This document shows positions 18,137 through 27,001 of a DNA stretch of 33,511 nt, one piece after another. The stretch covers positions 186,001 through 219,511 of the forward strand of contig NZ_MWQY01000004.1 in NCBI RefSeq assembly GCF_002087085.1, read 5' to 3'. The notes below the pieces were generated by a model. The model saw only the letters and a program-made list of their open reading frames with translations, searched no databases and was not told the origin of the DNA. The stretch's first letter is position 1. Each line of letters starts with the position of its first letter. The position numbers were made by a program, and so were the translations under genes.

Positions 18137-19276
18137 ATGGGAAAACGCATAGCGATTATCGGCGGCGGATTTGCGGGGACCGAAGCAGCCCGCAAACTTT
18201 CAGGTCGGGGACAGGAGGTCCATCTCTTCGACCCGAGACCCGCCTTCGAGTTTCTCCCCCTTCTGCCGGATTTACTGGGCGGCCGTTACTCCCTTGAGTC
18301 GATGACCGGCGCGTACTCCTTTCTGGCGGAGAAATACGGCTTCACCTTTCATCAGGTCCGGGTCAGTTCCGTGGATCCCCGGCAATGCCGTTTTTATGCC
18401 GAGGGGGAGCAATTCGAGTTTGACTACCTTCTTATCTGCCCGGGGGGTACCACAGATTTCCACGGCGACAAAACAGCCGCCGAAAAAAGCTATACCGTAC
18501 GCAGCACCGCCGGCATAGAGGACCTGCTTGCAGCATACCACTCGGAGAACCCGGACAGCGTGGTTCTGGTGGGCGGCGGTTACACCGGGCTCGAAACGGC
18601 ATCCCAGCTGCGGCGCAGGGCCCGTAAGACAGACAGAGAACCTGAGATCCTTGTCATCGAAAAGGGAGAGACCATCCTTGCCGGAGTCGCCCCCGGAGCA
18701 CGCAGCTATCTTGAGCACCAGCTGCAAAAACTCGGTATCTCGATTCTGACCTCCACAACCCTTAACGGATTCAGCGAAGACGGGGTCAGACTTTCCAATG
18801 GCCGGACCCTGGACAGAGCCCTTGTTATCTGGAATGCGGGCGTGAGTTTTCCCGGGGAGTTATGGACACAAGAGGTCGACCTTGACCCTGCCGGAAGGGT
18901 GCGGGTGGACCAGTACGGACGAATCGGGGAGCGCTCCTGGGCGGCAGGGGACATTGCCCATTTCGGCGAAGGGGATGCCGGCCTTCCCATGGCAAGCTAC
19001 CTGGCGATTCAGCAGGGAAGTTCCGCCGCCGGAAACATCCTGCGCCACATTGAGGGAAAACCATTGCGCCCGTACCGGCCCCGTTACTACGGCTACCTTA
19101 TCCCTCTGGCCAGCGGATACGGAATCGGCAGGATAGCCGGAGTCAATCTGAAAGGTCGGCTGCCCGTGCTGCTCCACCATGCGGCGGGAATCCTGAGAAC
19201 CTTTGCCCCGGGGAAGCGAATACGGTTACTGAAGGAACTCCTGCGGGAAGGAATCGGGATGGGAGAAAATGATTGA
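18137..19276 (+). CDS. NAD(P)/FAD-dependent oxidoreductase (NDH-2/FSP1-like)
   Basis: Two Rossmann motifs (IIGGGFAG, VGGGYTGLETA) plus FLPLLP, IWNAGV, AAGDIA and AIQQG. ATG 18137 fits the SD spacing better than 18128. Confidence 0.85.
   Translation: MGKRIAIIGGGFAGTEAARKLSGRGQEVHLFDPRPAFEFLPLLPDLLGGRYSLESMTGAYSFLAEKYGFTFHQVRVSSVDPRQCRFYAEGEQFEFDYLLICPGGTTDFHGDKTAAEKSYTVRSTAGIEDLLAAYHSENPDSVVLVGGGYTGLETASQLRRRARKTDREPEILVIEKGETILAGVAPGARSYLEHQLQKLGISILTSTTLNGFSEDGVRLSNGRTLDRALVIWNAGVSFPGELWTQEVDLDPAGRVRVDQYGRIGERSWAAGDIAHFGEGDAGLPMASYLAIQQGSSAAGNILRHIEGKPLRPYRPRYYGYLIPLASGYGIGRIAGVNLKGRLPVLLHHAAGILRTFAPGKRIRLLKELLREGIGMGEND
19173..19264 (+). repeat. Left copy of a 92-bp imperfect direct repeat (3' end of the oxidoreductase gene)
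   Basis: 82/92 identical to 25260-25351 by manual alignment, with no gaps. Confidence 0.92.
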
Positions 19277-19289
19277 TTAGTCCGATTAT

Positions 19290-20387
19290 TTATTGAGGGT
19301 CTTTATATGCGTTCAGAATCTCACGGTTAAAATCAACTCCGGTACCAGGAACATCAGGAGCGACGGCTTCTCCGTTCTCGTTTAATTCTACCGGACATGT
19401 TGTATACTTATCTATGGGGAAACTATGGACTTCCATGTACCCTCCATTCACAGTACCGGCAAGCAGACTTACATGCAGTTCCTGCATACCATGGGAACAA
19501 ACCGGTAAATTAGATGCTTCAGCGAGACAGGCGATTTTTAACCACCCTGTTATTCCTCCGATATTCGATGCATCCGGTTGTGGAAAGTCAATTCGACCTA
19601 TACTGAATGCATCCTTAAATTCATATATTGTATGCAGGTTCTCACCCATGGCTACCGGGATACCGCCCTCTTTTCGTATAAGATTATATGCACTGAAGTC
19701 TTCCGGTATTGTAGGCTCCTCCAGCCAGAAAATGTCCAGATCTTTCATGGCGCGTGCCGCCCTGACAGCTTCTGCAGCACTCCATCTCATATTTGCATCG
19801 ATCATGAGTTTTTTTTCACTGCCTATCAGCTCGCGGACTGCAGCAGCACGTTCAACATCCTCTGCCAATCTGTTCTGGCCGACTTTTATTTTGATCCCAT
19901 GAAAACCATGTTGAAGATAATTGCGGGTATTACTGAGAAGCCTTTCGATGGGATAGTGTAAGTCTATTCCTCCAGCATACGCTCTGACAGTACGGCCTCT
20001 TCCTCCAGCCATTTTCCACAAAGGGAGCCCGGCTTTTTTCCCCCTGATGTCCCAGAGTCCGATATCGATGGCAGAAATTGCAAAGCCCGCAATACCTCCC
20101 CGACCAACGTAATGAATCCTCCAGTTCATTTTATTCCATAAATATTCTATGCAGTCAGGATCTTTCTGCAGTAAAAAAGGTTTCAGATCATGCTCAATTA
20201 CCTGGACAATAGCTTTACCGCCGTATCCACCTGTATACGTATAACCACATCCTGATAATCCATCAGAACAGATAATGTCTACAACTACCAGCTCAAAGTG
20301 GGTATGGTCTCCATGCATCGCATCGACCAGGACCTCTTCAAGGGGAACTCTGTAGTATGATGTGCATATTTCATCGATTTTATTCAT
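19290..20387 (-). CDS. Mandelate racemase/muconate lactonizing enzyme family protein (probable acid-sugar dehydratase)
   Basis: Motifs AISAIDIGLWDI, KIKVG, MIDAN, WLEEP, MGEN, QPD and CSHG. Confidence 0.9.
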   Translation of the reverse strand: MNKIDEICTSYYRVPLEEVLVDAMHGDHTHFELVVVDIICSDGLSGCGYTYTGGYGGKAIVQVIEHDLKPFLLQKDPDCIEYLWNKMNWRIHYVGRGGIAGFAISAIDIGLWDIRGKKAGLPLWKMAGGRGRTVRAYAGGIDLHYPIERLLSNTRNYLQHGFHGIKIKVGQNRLAEDVERAAAVRELIGSEKKLMIDANMRWSAAEAVRAARAMKDLDIFWLEEPTIPEDFSAYNLIRKEGGIPVAMGENLHTIYEFKDAFSIGRIDFPQPDASNIGGITGWLKIACLAEASNLPVCSHGMQELHVSLLAGTVNGGYMEVHSFPIDKYTTCPVELNENGEAVAPDVPGTGVDFNREILNAYKDPQ

Positions 20388-20393
20388 ATACTT

Positions 20394-20443
20394 ATGTTAT
20401 ACGGAATTTTTATATTGTCAAATGTTTTTAGTTAACATATAGT
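20394..20443. promoter_or_regulatory. Overlapping divergent promoters
   Basis: Minus strand TTGACA(20421-20416)-N16-TAACAT; plus strand TTGTCA(20415-20420)-N17-TATAGT. Confidence 0.55.
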
Positions 20444-20451
20444 AGTCATAT

Positions 20452-21060
20452 ATGGGCAAGATTGTTTTTCGAACAATTGCAGAGCAGATCTTTGCAAAAT
20501 TGCGAGTTGAAATTGTAAACGAAACGCTGACTCCAGGAGCAGAACTCAAGGAAGAATCAATTTCGGAGAGATTTGGAGTAAGCCGGGGTCCCGTACGTGA
20601 AGCTCTTAAAGAACTTTCAAGATATGGCCTGATATCCCCACGCGGAAAAGCTGGCTACAAAGTGGCTGAACCACTTAGGCCGGAAGTTCGAAAACTCATA
20701 ATTGAAATTCGCCTGATGATAGAGAAATTCGTAATACAATCACTTCTCGACGATTTTACAGAAGAAGATATTGCAGAACTGGAAACCATTCTTGATGGTC
20801 AGAAGAAAGCAAGCATTGAAAATGATACTGCCGGAGTATGGGAAGCCGATGTCCGATTTCACGAATACATGTTGAAAAAATATAATGACACCCATGTGGA
20901 TGAAATGTGGCGATCCGGAGCGTATCGTGTAATGATGATGAAAGAGTATCAACATGAGACACTCTTCGAAAGCTACGAAGCACACGTCCGTATACTTGAT
21001 GCCATCAGAAAGAAGGATCCGCGTAAATTGTTTATTGAACTGGAAAATAATATCCAGTGA
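20452..21060 (+). CDS. GntR (FCD/FadR subfamily) transcriptional regulator
   Basis: HTH motif ISERFGVSRGPVREALKEL; FCD motifs DVRFHE and EAHVRILDAI. Confidence 0.9.
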   Translation: MGKIVFRTIAEQIFAKLRVEIVNETLTPGAELKEESISERFGVSRGPVREALKELSRYGLISPRGKAGYKVAEPLRPEVRKLIIEIRLMIEKFVIQSLLDDFTEEDIAELETILDGQKKASIENDTAGVWEADVRFHEYMLKKYNDTHVDEMWRSGAYRVMMMKEYQHETLFESYEAHVRILDAIRKKDPRKLFIELENNIQ

Positions 21061-21084
21061 TCTGAATATCAAACAGGGATATAT

Positions 21085-22218
21085 ATGTTAAGCAGAGAGG
21101 GCTGCCTTCAACGTCAAAATGACCTGATAAGATTTCTGCCCGAAAAATGTGATCTGATACTAATAACAGACCCCCCGTATTTGCTGTATTTCAATAATTT
21201 GTGGATAGAACAGAACAGCACAAATCAGAACAGTCTCAACCTGTTTGTCTTTAACGAAAATGAACGCATAGTTTTTACTGATGATTCACTATTCGAATCG
21301 GCGTCGACCTCATACGCGGAAACTATTATCAGCTCACGCTGGTATGGAAAAAAATATCCGGTATTTAATAGAAAGGAGGTCGTGGTTAGGGAATTTTCAT
21401 TATGGTTGGATAAATTCAGACCAAAAAAGATCGCAGCTGAGTTGGTTTCATTACCAGGAATCATACAAAAGGCAGTGGAAGACAGAGGTATACTGCTAAC
21501 TGATATCTCCCGTGAATTGAACCAGATGAGAGTTCGGAAATATCCTGATGAAATAGCTGAAATCCGCAGGATAGCAGGAAATGCTTCCAGAACAATGGAT
21601 ATTGTCGCTGATTCAGCAAAGGCCGGAATGTCTGAATGGGAAATTTTCGGATCGCTTTATAAAGAATTTATTTCAATACACAAGGAACAAACGTCACCAG
21701 TAGGCGATCTGGTTTCAGATTACAGGGTATCCGGATTTCCTCGGCAAAGAGCAGTGCAAACCGGGGATCTGCTGATAATCGATTTCTCGCCCTATGTGAA
21801 TGGATACAGGGCTGATATTGCAAGAACGATATGCGTGAACTCTCTCCCGACAAATTCTCAACAGGAATATTCAGATATTTTACAGGAAAGCTTAAGACAC
21901 ACGGAAAAGCTTCTATGCCCGGATATTCCAGGGAAAGTTATCTACGACAGTTTTTTATTGTTTTTCAGAAAAAATAAAATTGATAAATATTACATAAGCC
22001 ATGCAGGTCACGGAATCGGACTCAAACATCCTGAACGACCCTTTTTTGTTCTGAATTGCGACGAAACAGTTCCGCAGGGAGCCGTTATTACTCTGGAACC
22101 CGGACTCTATAACAACGATATTGGATACATGAGGATTGAGGATAATTACCTTATTACAGAAACAGGATTTGAAAAACTTTCTTTCCATCGAAAAACATTA
22201 AAACAAACAAGCTATTAG
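21085..22218 (+). CDS. M24 (Xaa-Pro peptidase/creatinase-like) metallohydrolase
   Basis: Motifs RVRKYPDEI, IID...YRADIART, HAGHGIG, LEPG and RIEDN. Confidence 0.88.
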   Translation: MLSREGCLQRQNDLIRFLPEKCDLILITDPPYLLYFNNLWIEQNSTNQNSLNLFVFNENERIVFTDDSLFESASTSYAETIISSRWYGKKYPVFNRKEVVVREFSLWLDKFRPKKIAAELVSLPGIIQKAVEDRGILLTDISRELNQMRVRKYPDEIAEIRRIAGNASRTMDIVADSAKAGMSEWEIFGSLYKEFISIHKEQTSPVGDLVSDYRVSGFPRQRAVQTGDLLIIDFSPYVNGYRADIARTICVNSLPTNSQQEYSDILQESLRHTEKLLCPDIPGKVIYDSFLLFFRKNKIDKYYISHAGHGIGLKHPERPFFVLNCDETVPQGAVITLEPGLYNNDIGYMRIEDNYLITETGFEKLSFHRKTLKQTSY

Positions 22219-22298
22219 CATTCACCGCTTTCGAAATCTCTACCAGAAAGTGAACAGACCGTTGGTGAGAATCGTTCTCACAACAAAACGTTTTTTTG

Positions 22299-22327
22299 TT
22301 GACATTTTACATTTACGGGTTTAGAGT
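22299..22327 (+). promoter_or_regulatory. Putative TRAP operon promoter
   Basis: TTGACA-N17-TAGAGT, preceded by the hairpin GTGAGAA-TCG-TTCTCAC. SD GGAGGT downstream. Confidence 0.6.
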
Positions 22328-22356
22328 AAAATTAACACAATAAATGGAGGTGTGAA

Positions 22357-23352
22357 ATGTCATTATCTGGTAGGAAGATTGGCACGTTGATGATTGTTCT
22401 TGTTCTGGCAGCCGCCCTCTTTGCGGAGGGGGCAAAAGAAGCCGGCCCAGTCAACATGAAGATTTATACAGCCTATCCGCCCGGGGATGAATCGTATGTA
22501 ACCGCTATGGAATTCGCTGAACGCGTTGAAAAGTACAGCGAGGGAACAATAACTGCAGAGGTCTTTCACAGCGGATCAATGGGAGGAGAAAAGGAGACTG
22601 TTCAGGCTGTTAAATTGGGAGATGCTCACGCAGTAACTAGCGGGCTTCTTCCTGTAACAATGTTTACCCAGGATTACGGTTTTTTCGACGGAATTTATGT
22701 ATTCAAGGACTTTAACCATTTCAAGAATGTTTGGGACGGCAAACTGGGGGATGAAATCAAAGATATCTTACTCGATAACAACTTGAGAAGTATGGGCGTG
22801 TATCTGAGAGGAATGCGCCATCTCTCTGCAAATAAACCTATCAGGGTCCCTGAAGACGGCAGAGGATTGAAAATTCGAACCCCCCAACTTCCTTCAATGG
22901 TCAATACCTGGAAAGCAATCGGTTTTCTTCCGACTCCAATAAACCTGCCCGAACTCTTCACTTCGCTGCAGACCGGTGTAGTCGATTGCGCCGAAGGCCC
23001 TCCATCTCAGATGCTTTCGTATAAGTATCAGGAAGTACAGGATTATTTAATGTTCACAGGTCATAATGTCTCTGTAGCAATGTTTCTCATAAGCAACAGG
23101 TTTCTGGAGTCCCTGGAAGATGATAAAAGAGCTATCGTGGAAAAAGCTGCTGAAGAGGCGGTGCAGGCAGGTGCCGAATATGCACTGAAAGCAGACAGAG
23201 AAAAACTCAATAAACTTATAGATGGCGGTATGACACCGATAGAAGTTGATAAAGAAGCCTTTATGGAGAAAGCTCGTCCGGCAGTTGAAGAATTATTCAA
23301 GACACAATGGAAAGTTACCAACGTTGATGAAATTCTTTCCTATATGGAATAG
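22357..23352 (+). CDS. dctP: TRAP transporter substrate-binding protein
   Basis: Signal peptide LFAEGAKE. Motifs GLKIRTP (carboxylate-binding Arg), ELFTSLQTGVVD and YQEVQDY. Confidence 0.9.
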   Translation: MSLSGRKIGTLMIVLVLAAALFAEGAKEAGPVNMKIYTAYPPGDESYVTAMEFAERVEKYSEGTITAEVFHSGSMGGEKETVQAVKLGDAHAVTSGLLPVTMFTQDYGFFDGIYVFKDFNHFKNVWDGKLGDEIKDILLDNNLRSMGVYLRGMRHLSANKPIRVPEDGRGLKIRTPQLPSMVNTWKAIGFLPTPINLPELFTSLQTGVVDCAEGPPSQMLSYKYQEVQDYLMFTGHNVSVAMFLISNRFLESLEDDKRAIVEKAAEEAVQAGAEYALKADREKLNKLIDGGMTPIEVDKEAFMEKARPAVEELFKTQWKVTNVDEILSYME

Positions 23353-23365
23353 ATAGTGGAACCGT

Positions 23366-23394
23366 AAGGACCCTTCATAAATGGGGGGGTCCTT
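23366..23394 (+). terminator. Intercistronic hairpin after dctP (mRNA stabiliser or partial terminator)
   Basis: Stem AAGGACCC...GGGTCCTT with only a short T tract. Confidence 0.5.
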
Positions 23395-23415
23395 TACCAA
23401 AGGGGATATCCATAA

Positions 23416-23910
23416 ATGGTTTCGATAATCAATAAAGCGATCGACAAGATGGTATCGTTGATTGAATTTGTTTGCAGTGTACTGTTTATTTCTATTTGCC
23501 TGATTGTACTCATTCAGGTGATAGGAAGATTTGTCTTAAAAATAGCGACTCCGTGGTCGGAGGAACTTGCACGGTATCTGCTGGTTATCCTGGTATTCCT
23601 CGGTGCAACAGTTTCAGTAAAGGAAAGGTCACACCTTGTCGCACTGAATATATTTGAAGGTCGTTCTGAAAAAGCAAAGCTTTTTGGAAGCTTACTAGTA
23701 GATGGAATAATTCTGTTAGTAAGCGTTATGTACGCAAGAAACAGTATTCGCATGTCAAGGATTGTTGGAACAGAGATGGCTTCTTCCATGTTATGGCTGA
23801 AAACAAGGTACCTTTACATAATAATATCGATCGGGTTTTTACTGTCGAGCCTGTTTGCCGTGTTTCTTATTTTAAAAACAATTATGACCTTTAAAGAGAG
23901 AAACAAATGA
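23416..23910 (+). CDS. dctQ: TRAP small permease
   Basis: Four TM helices with QVIGRF and WSEELARY. Confidence 0.9.
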   Translation: MVSIINKAIDKMVSLIEFVCSVLFISICLIVLIQVIGRFVLKIATPWSEELARYLLVILVFLGATVSVKERSHLVALNIFEGRSEKAKLFGSLLVDGIILLVSVMYARNSIRMSRIVGTEMASSMLWLKTRYLYIIISIGFLLSSLFAVFLILKTIMTFKERNK

Positions 23911-25202
23911 TCGAAACGACCCTATTATTCGGCGGATTACTGCTGGGCACTTTTATAATTGGAGTTCCTGTCGGATACGGGATTATTTTCACCGCGACAC
24001 TACTATATTACTTATACTCAAGTGGAGGTGGAGATTCTGCTATTCTTTTGCAACGAATGTTTGACGGGTTAAACAGTTTTCCGCTTTTAGCAATTCCACT
24101 TTTTATGCTTACCGGGAACTTGATGAATACCGGGGGTATTACTGAACGTATTTTTCGTTTGGCCTCTGCCCTGGTTGGTCATTTCCGTCTGGGTCTTGCA
24201 CACGTTAATGTTGTTACCAGCATGCTTTTTGCCGGAATGTCCGGTTCAGCTACCGTCGATGCAGCTGCTATCGGACAAGTAGAAATGAAAGCGATGCTTG
24301 ATGAAGGGTATGATCGCGATTATTCTGCGGCTGTTACAGCTGCATCATCAACAATTGGTCCGATAATCCCACCCAGCGTCCCGCTGGTAATATACGGTGT
24401 TGTTGCGGAGGTTTCGATAGGTCGTCTCCTTTTTGCTGGTCTTGTTCCAGGTGTGATCGTGGGACTTACCCTGATGACCTTGATTGCAATTCAAGGGCGA
24501 AAGTGGCAATATCCCAGACAAAAGTTCAAAGGGATGTCGAATCTGTGGGATGCATTTAAACGCGGTTTTTTTCCAGCTCTGACTCCCTTTATTCTGCTTG
24601 GCGGAATATTATCAGGTATTTTCACTCCAACAGAAGCGGCTGTTATTGCATTATTATATGCCATGATACTTGGAATGCTGGTATATAGAGAAGTAACAGT
24701 GCTTCAATTCTGGGATCTGGTGAAGAAAACCTTTCGTCCGACGGTTGAAATAATGATAATCATCGCTGGAGCAACCGCGTTTGCCTATATGATAGTAAGT
24801 GTAAAGATACCCCAGGAACTAGCTGGGTTTGTCACTTCCTTGTCTTTAAACAAGTGGATAATACTGGTGATGATAAACATTGCCCTTCTGATTGTTGGCT
24901 GTTTTATGGAAACCGTCGCAGCGATAACCATTGCTGTACCTGTTTTGATGCCCCTGGTACTACAGTATGGCATCAATCCTATTCATTTCGGTCTCATTGT
25001 TGTTTTCAATCTTGTATTCGGATTGCTTACACCACCAGTCGGGTTGGTGCTGTTTGTAACCAGTCGGATAGCTGAAATCTCCGTTGCAAGACTTTTTCGA
25101 GCACTATTGGTTTTTTATATCCCTCTTTTTATATGCTTGTTAGCCGTCACCTACATTGAGCCAATATCAGTATGGCTTCCAACGATTCTAATGGGAAAAT
25201 GA
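23907..25202 (+). CDS. dctM: TRAP large permease
   Basis: Motifs LLAIPLFML, GMSGSATVDAAA, IIPPS, GIFTPTEAA and LTPPVG. ATGA overlap with dctQ. Confidence 0.93.
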   Translation: MIETTLLFGGLLLGTFIIGVPVGYGIIFTATLLYYLYSSGGGDSAILLQRMFDGLNSFPLLAIPLFMLTGNLMNTGGITERIFRLASALVGHFRLGLAHVNVVTSMLFAGMSGSATVDAAAIGQVEMKAMLDEGYDRDYSAAVTAASSTIGPIIPPSVPLVIYGVVAEVSIGRLLFAGLVPGVIVGLTLMTLIAIQGRKWQYPRQKFKGMSNLWDAFKRGFFPALTPFILLGGILSGIFTPTEAAVIALLYAMILGMLVYREVTVLQFWDLVKKTFRPTVEIMIIIAGATAFAYMIVSVKIPQELAGFVTSLSLNKWIILVMINIALLIVGCFMETVAAITIAVPVLMPLVLQYGINPIHFGLIVVFNLVFGLLTPPVGLVLFVTSRIAEISVARLFRALLVFYIPLFICLLAVTYIEPISVWLPTILMGK

Positions 25203-25259
25203 ACAGAGGAAGAATCGGGTTAGATAACAAGCGTACTGAGACATAAAACCATTTGCTGA

Positions 25260-25357
25260 TCCACCATGCGGCGGGAATCCTGAGAAGCTTTGCCCCGGGA
25301 AGACGAATCAGGTTACTCAAGGAACTGCTTCGGGAGGGAATCGGGATGGGACGATGA
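25260..25357 (+). pseudogene. Orphan duplicate 3' end of the oxidoreductase gene (right repeat copy)
   Basis: Encodes HHAAGILRSFAPGRRIRLLKELLREGIGMGR-stop with no start codon. Confidence 0.85.
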
Positions 25358-25739
25358 AGAAGGAGAAGAAAGCGGTTTCGGAAGTATGAGGATCTCCCCT
25401 TTTCCGTATTAGAAAAGCAGTCGGTGCGGGATGCAGTCGCTATAAATCCTGTTCATGACCGTACACAGACAGAATACCACGTTCTCATTTTGTTTAACAC
25501 TTTCATAGTGTCGAGAACCGTGGGGATAAAACCCTGCAATTATCGGGAAATGCCCTGATTCAGGAAAGACACGCCAGTATAGCGAAAGACAAGGGATAAA
25601 ATTATACTTGTATGAACTTTACTGTCCGTCTATCAACACGGTTCTTTACAGTAGATAACACTTTAAGCTATTTCTCACATAGACATCAGCTATTTAATTA
25701 CTTAGACTTAGTATATATGGCCTGTTACCCGGTAGGAGT

Positions 25740-26870
25740 ATGAACGGCATAAGCAAAGTCAAGGTAGTCGATGCCAGGGAACTTGTTGCGGTTCCGATTA
25801 CATCCTCCGAAAAACCCGAAATCGACGCGGCGTTCCAGAAGAAGTGGCAGGAACTGGTCGATATTGCGGCGCGGATAATCGGTGTTCCGGCGGGGCTTAT
25901 CATGCGGCTTCTGGAAAATGAAATCGAAGTATTCAATGCCAGTTATACAAATGAAAACCCCTATGAAGTCGGAGAAAAAGCGGCACTCGGCTACGGTCTG
26001 TACTGCGAAACAGTCGTGGGGAAACGGACCCCTCTTCTGGTTCCAAATGCGTTGAATGACGAAAGTTGGAAAGACAATCCGGATGTAAAACTGAACATGA
26101 TCTCCTATTATGGTGTACCGATACGCTGGCCGGATGGAGAAATATTCGGAACTCTCTGCGTGCTTGATTCGAAAGAGAATCACTATACCGATGATCAGAA
26201 GGCTCTGATAGGAAAATTTGCGGAGATGCTGGAACACGACCTGGAAAGCGTACAGATCCGCTCCCAGCTTGCGAATACCATAAGCTATAAGGAAATACAG
26301 ATCCGGGAAATGCGACACCGGATCAAGAACCAGTTAAACATGCTTATCAGCTACATCGATCTTAACCTGGACCATGAGCAGGGATCATACAAACCTCACC
26401 TGATACAGGATCTGCACAACCATATAAACGCCCTTTCCAACCTTCACAATCTCCTGAATCGGAAAGAACCGGATTACTCGATTCCTGCCACCGAACACCT
26501 GAAACAGCTTCTTGGGAATATCGTCTCAGGTTCTTCATTCTTCATCGACTTTGAGGTGCAGGGAGACACTATTCATCTTCCAGAAGAATCCATGGTTCCC
26601 CTCATGATGATCATCAACGAACTTGCGACCAACTCCATGAAATATGCGTTCACGGATGTGGAGTCGCCGAAAATCAGACTGACCTGCCGGGAAAGTAACG
26701 GCCGTATAGTCATCTCCTACTCTGATAACGGCTGCACCTCCAAACCGATTGAAGATGTAAAAAGGGGCTTGGGAATGCTGATCATCGAAGGGCTCTCCGC
26801 CCAGCTGGACGGGTCCAGTGATATGAAAATGGATCGGGGGTTCCATTTTACCCTCGATTTTCCAGGCTGA
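25740..26870 (+). CDS. GAF-domain sensor histidine kinase (HisKA_2/HWE type)
   Basis: GAF motifs LYCETV, YYGVPIRWPDGEIFGTLCVLD; H box EMRHRIKNQL; NELATNSMKYAF, DNG and GLG. SD AGGAG. Confidence 0.9.
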   Translation: MNGISKVKVVDARELVAVPITSSEKPEIDAAFQKKWQELVDIAARIIGVPAGLIMRLLENEIEVFNASYTNENPYEVGEKAALGYGLYCETVVGKRTPLLVPNALNDESWKDNPDVKLNMISYYGVPIRWPDGEIFGTLCVLDSKENHYTDDQKALIGKFAEMLEHDLESVQIRSQLANTISYKEIQIREMRHRIKNQLNMLISYIDLNLDHEQGSYKPHLIQDLHNHINALSNLHNLLNRKEPDYSIPATEHLKQLLGNIVSGSSFFIDFEVQGDTIHLPEESMVPLMMIINELATNSMKYAFTDVESPKIRLTCRESNGRIVISYSDNGCTSKPIEDVKRGLGMLIIEGLSAQLDGSSDMKMDRGFHFTLDFPG

Positions 26871-27001
26871 AGATCAAGGCAAGACGCTTGTATCCCCGGA
26901 AACCTCTAGAACCGTGGTGTTTTCACCATAGTCAAGAAGCAACGAATTTGTAGCGCCCCCACTCTATTGTGGGAACAGGATTTGAGGACCGCGGTTTTCC
27001 A

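Larger units (their letters stand above)
19277..25259. mobile_element. Horizontally acquired catabolic islet without integrase
   Basis: Visibly AT-richer than the flanks, bounded by the 92-bp direct repeat, and contains six functionally coherent genes. Confidence 0.7.

Noticed and set aside
25358..25739. 380-bp intergenic stretch as an ncRNA or small gene
   Set aside because: I found no convincing ORF with RBS, stable structure or terminator.
25514..26917. 10-bp direct repeat AGAACCGTGG on both sides of the kinase gene
   Set aside because: Too short to distinguish from chance, and no inverted repeats or transposase accompany it.
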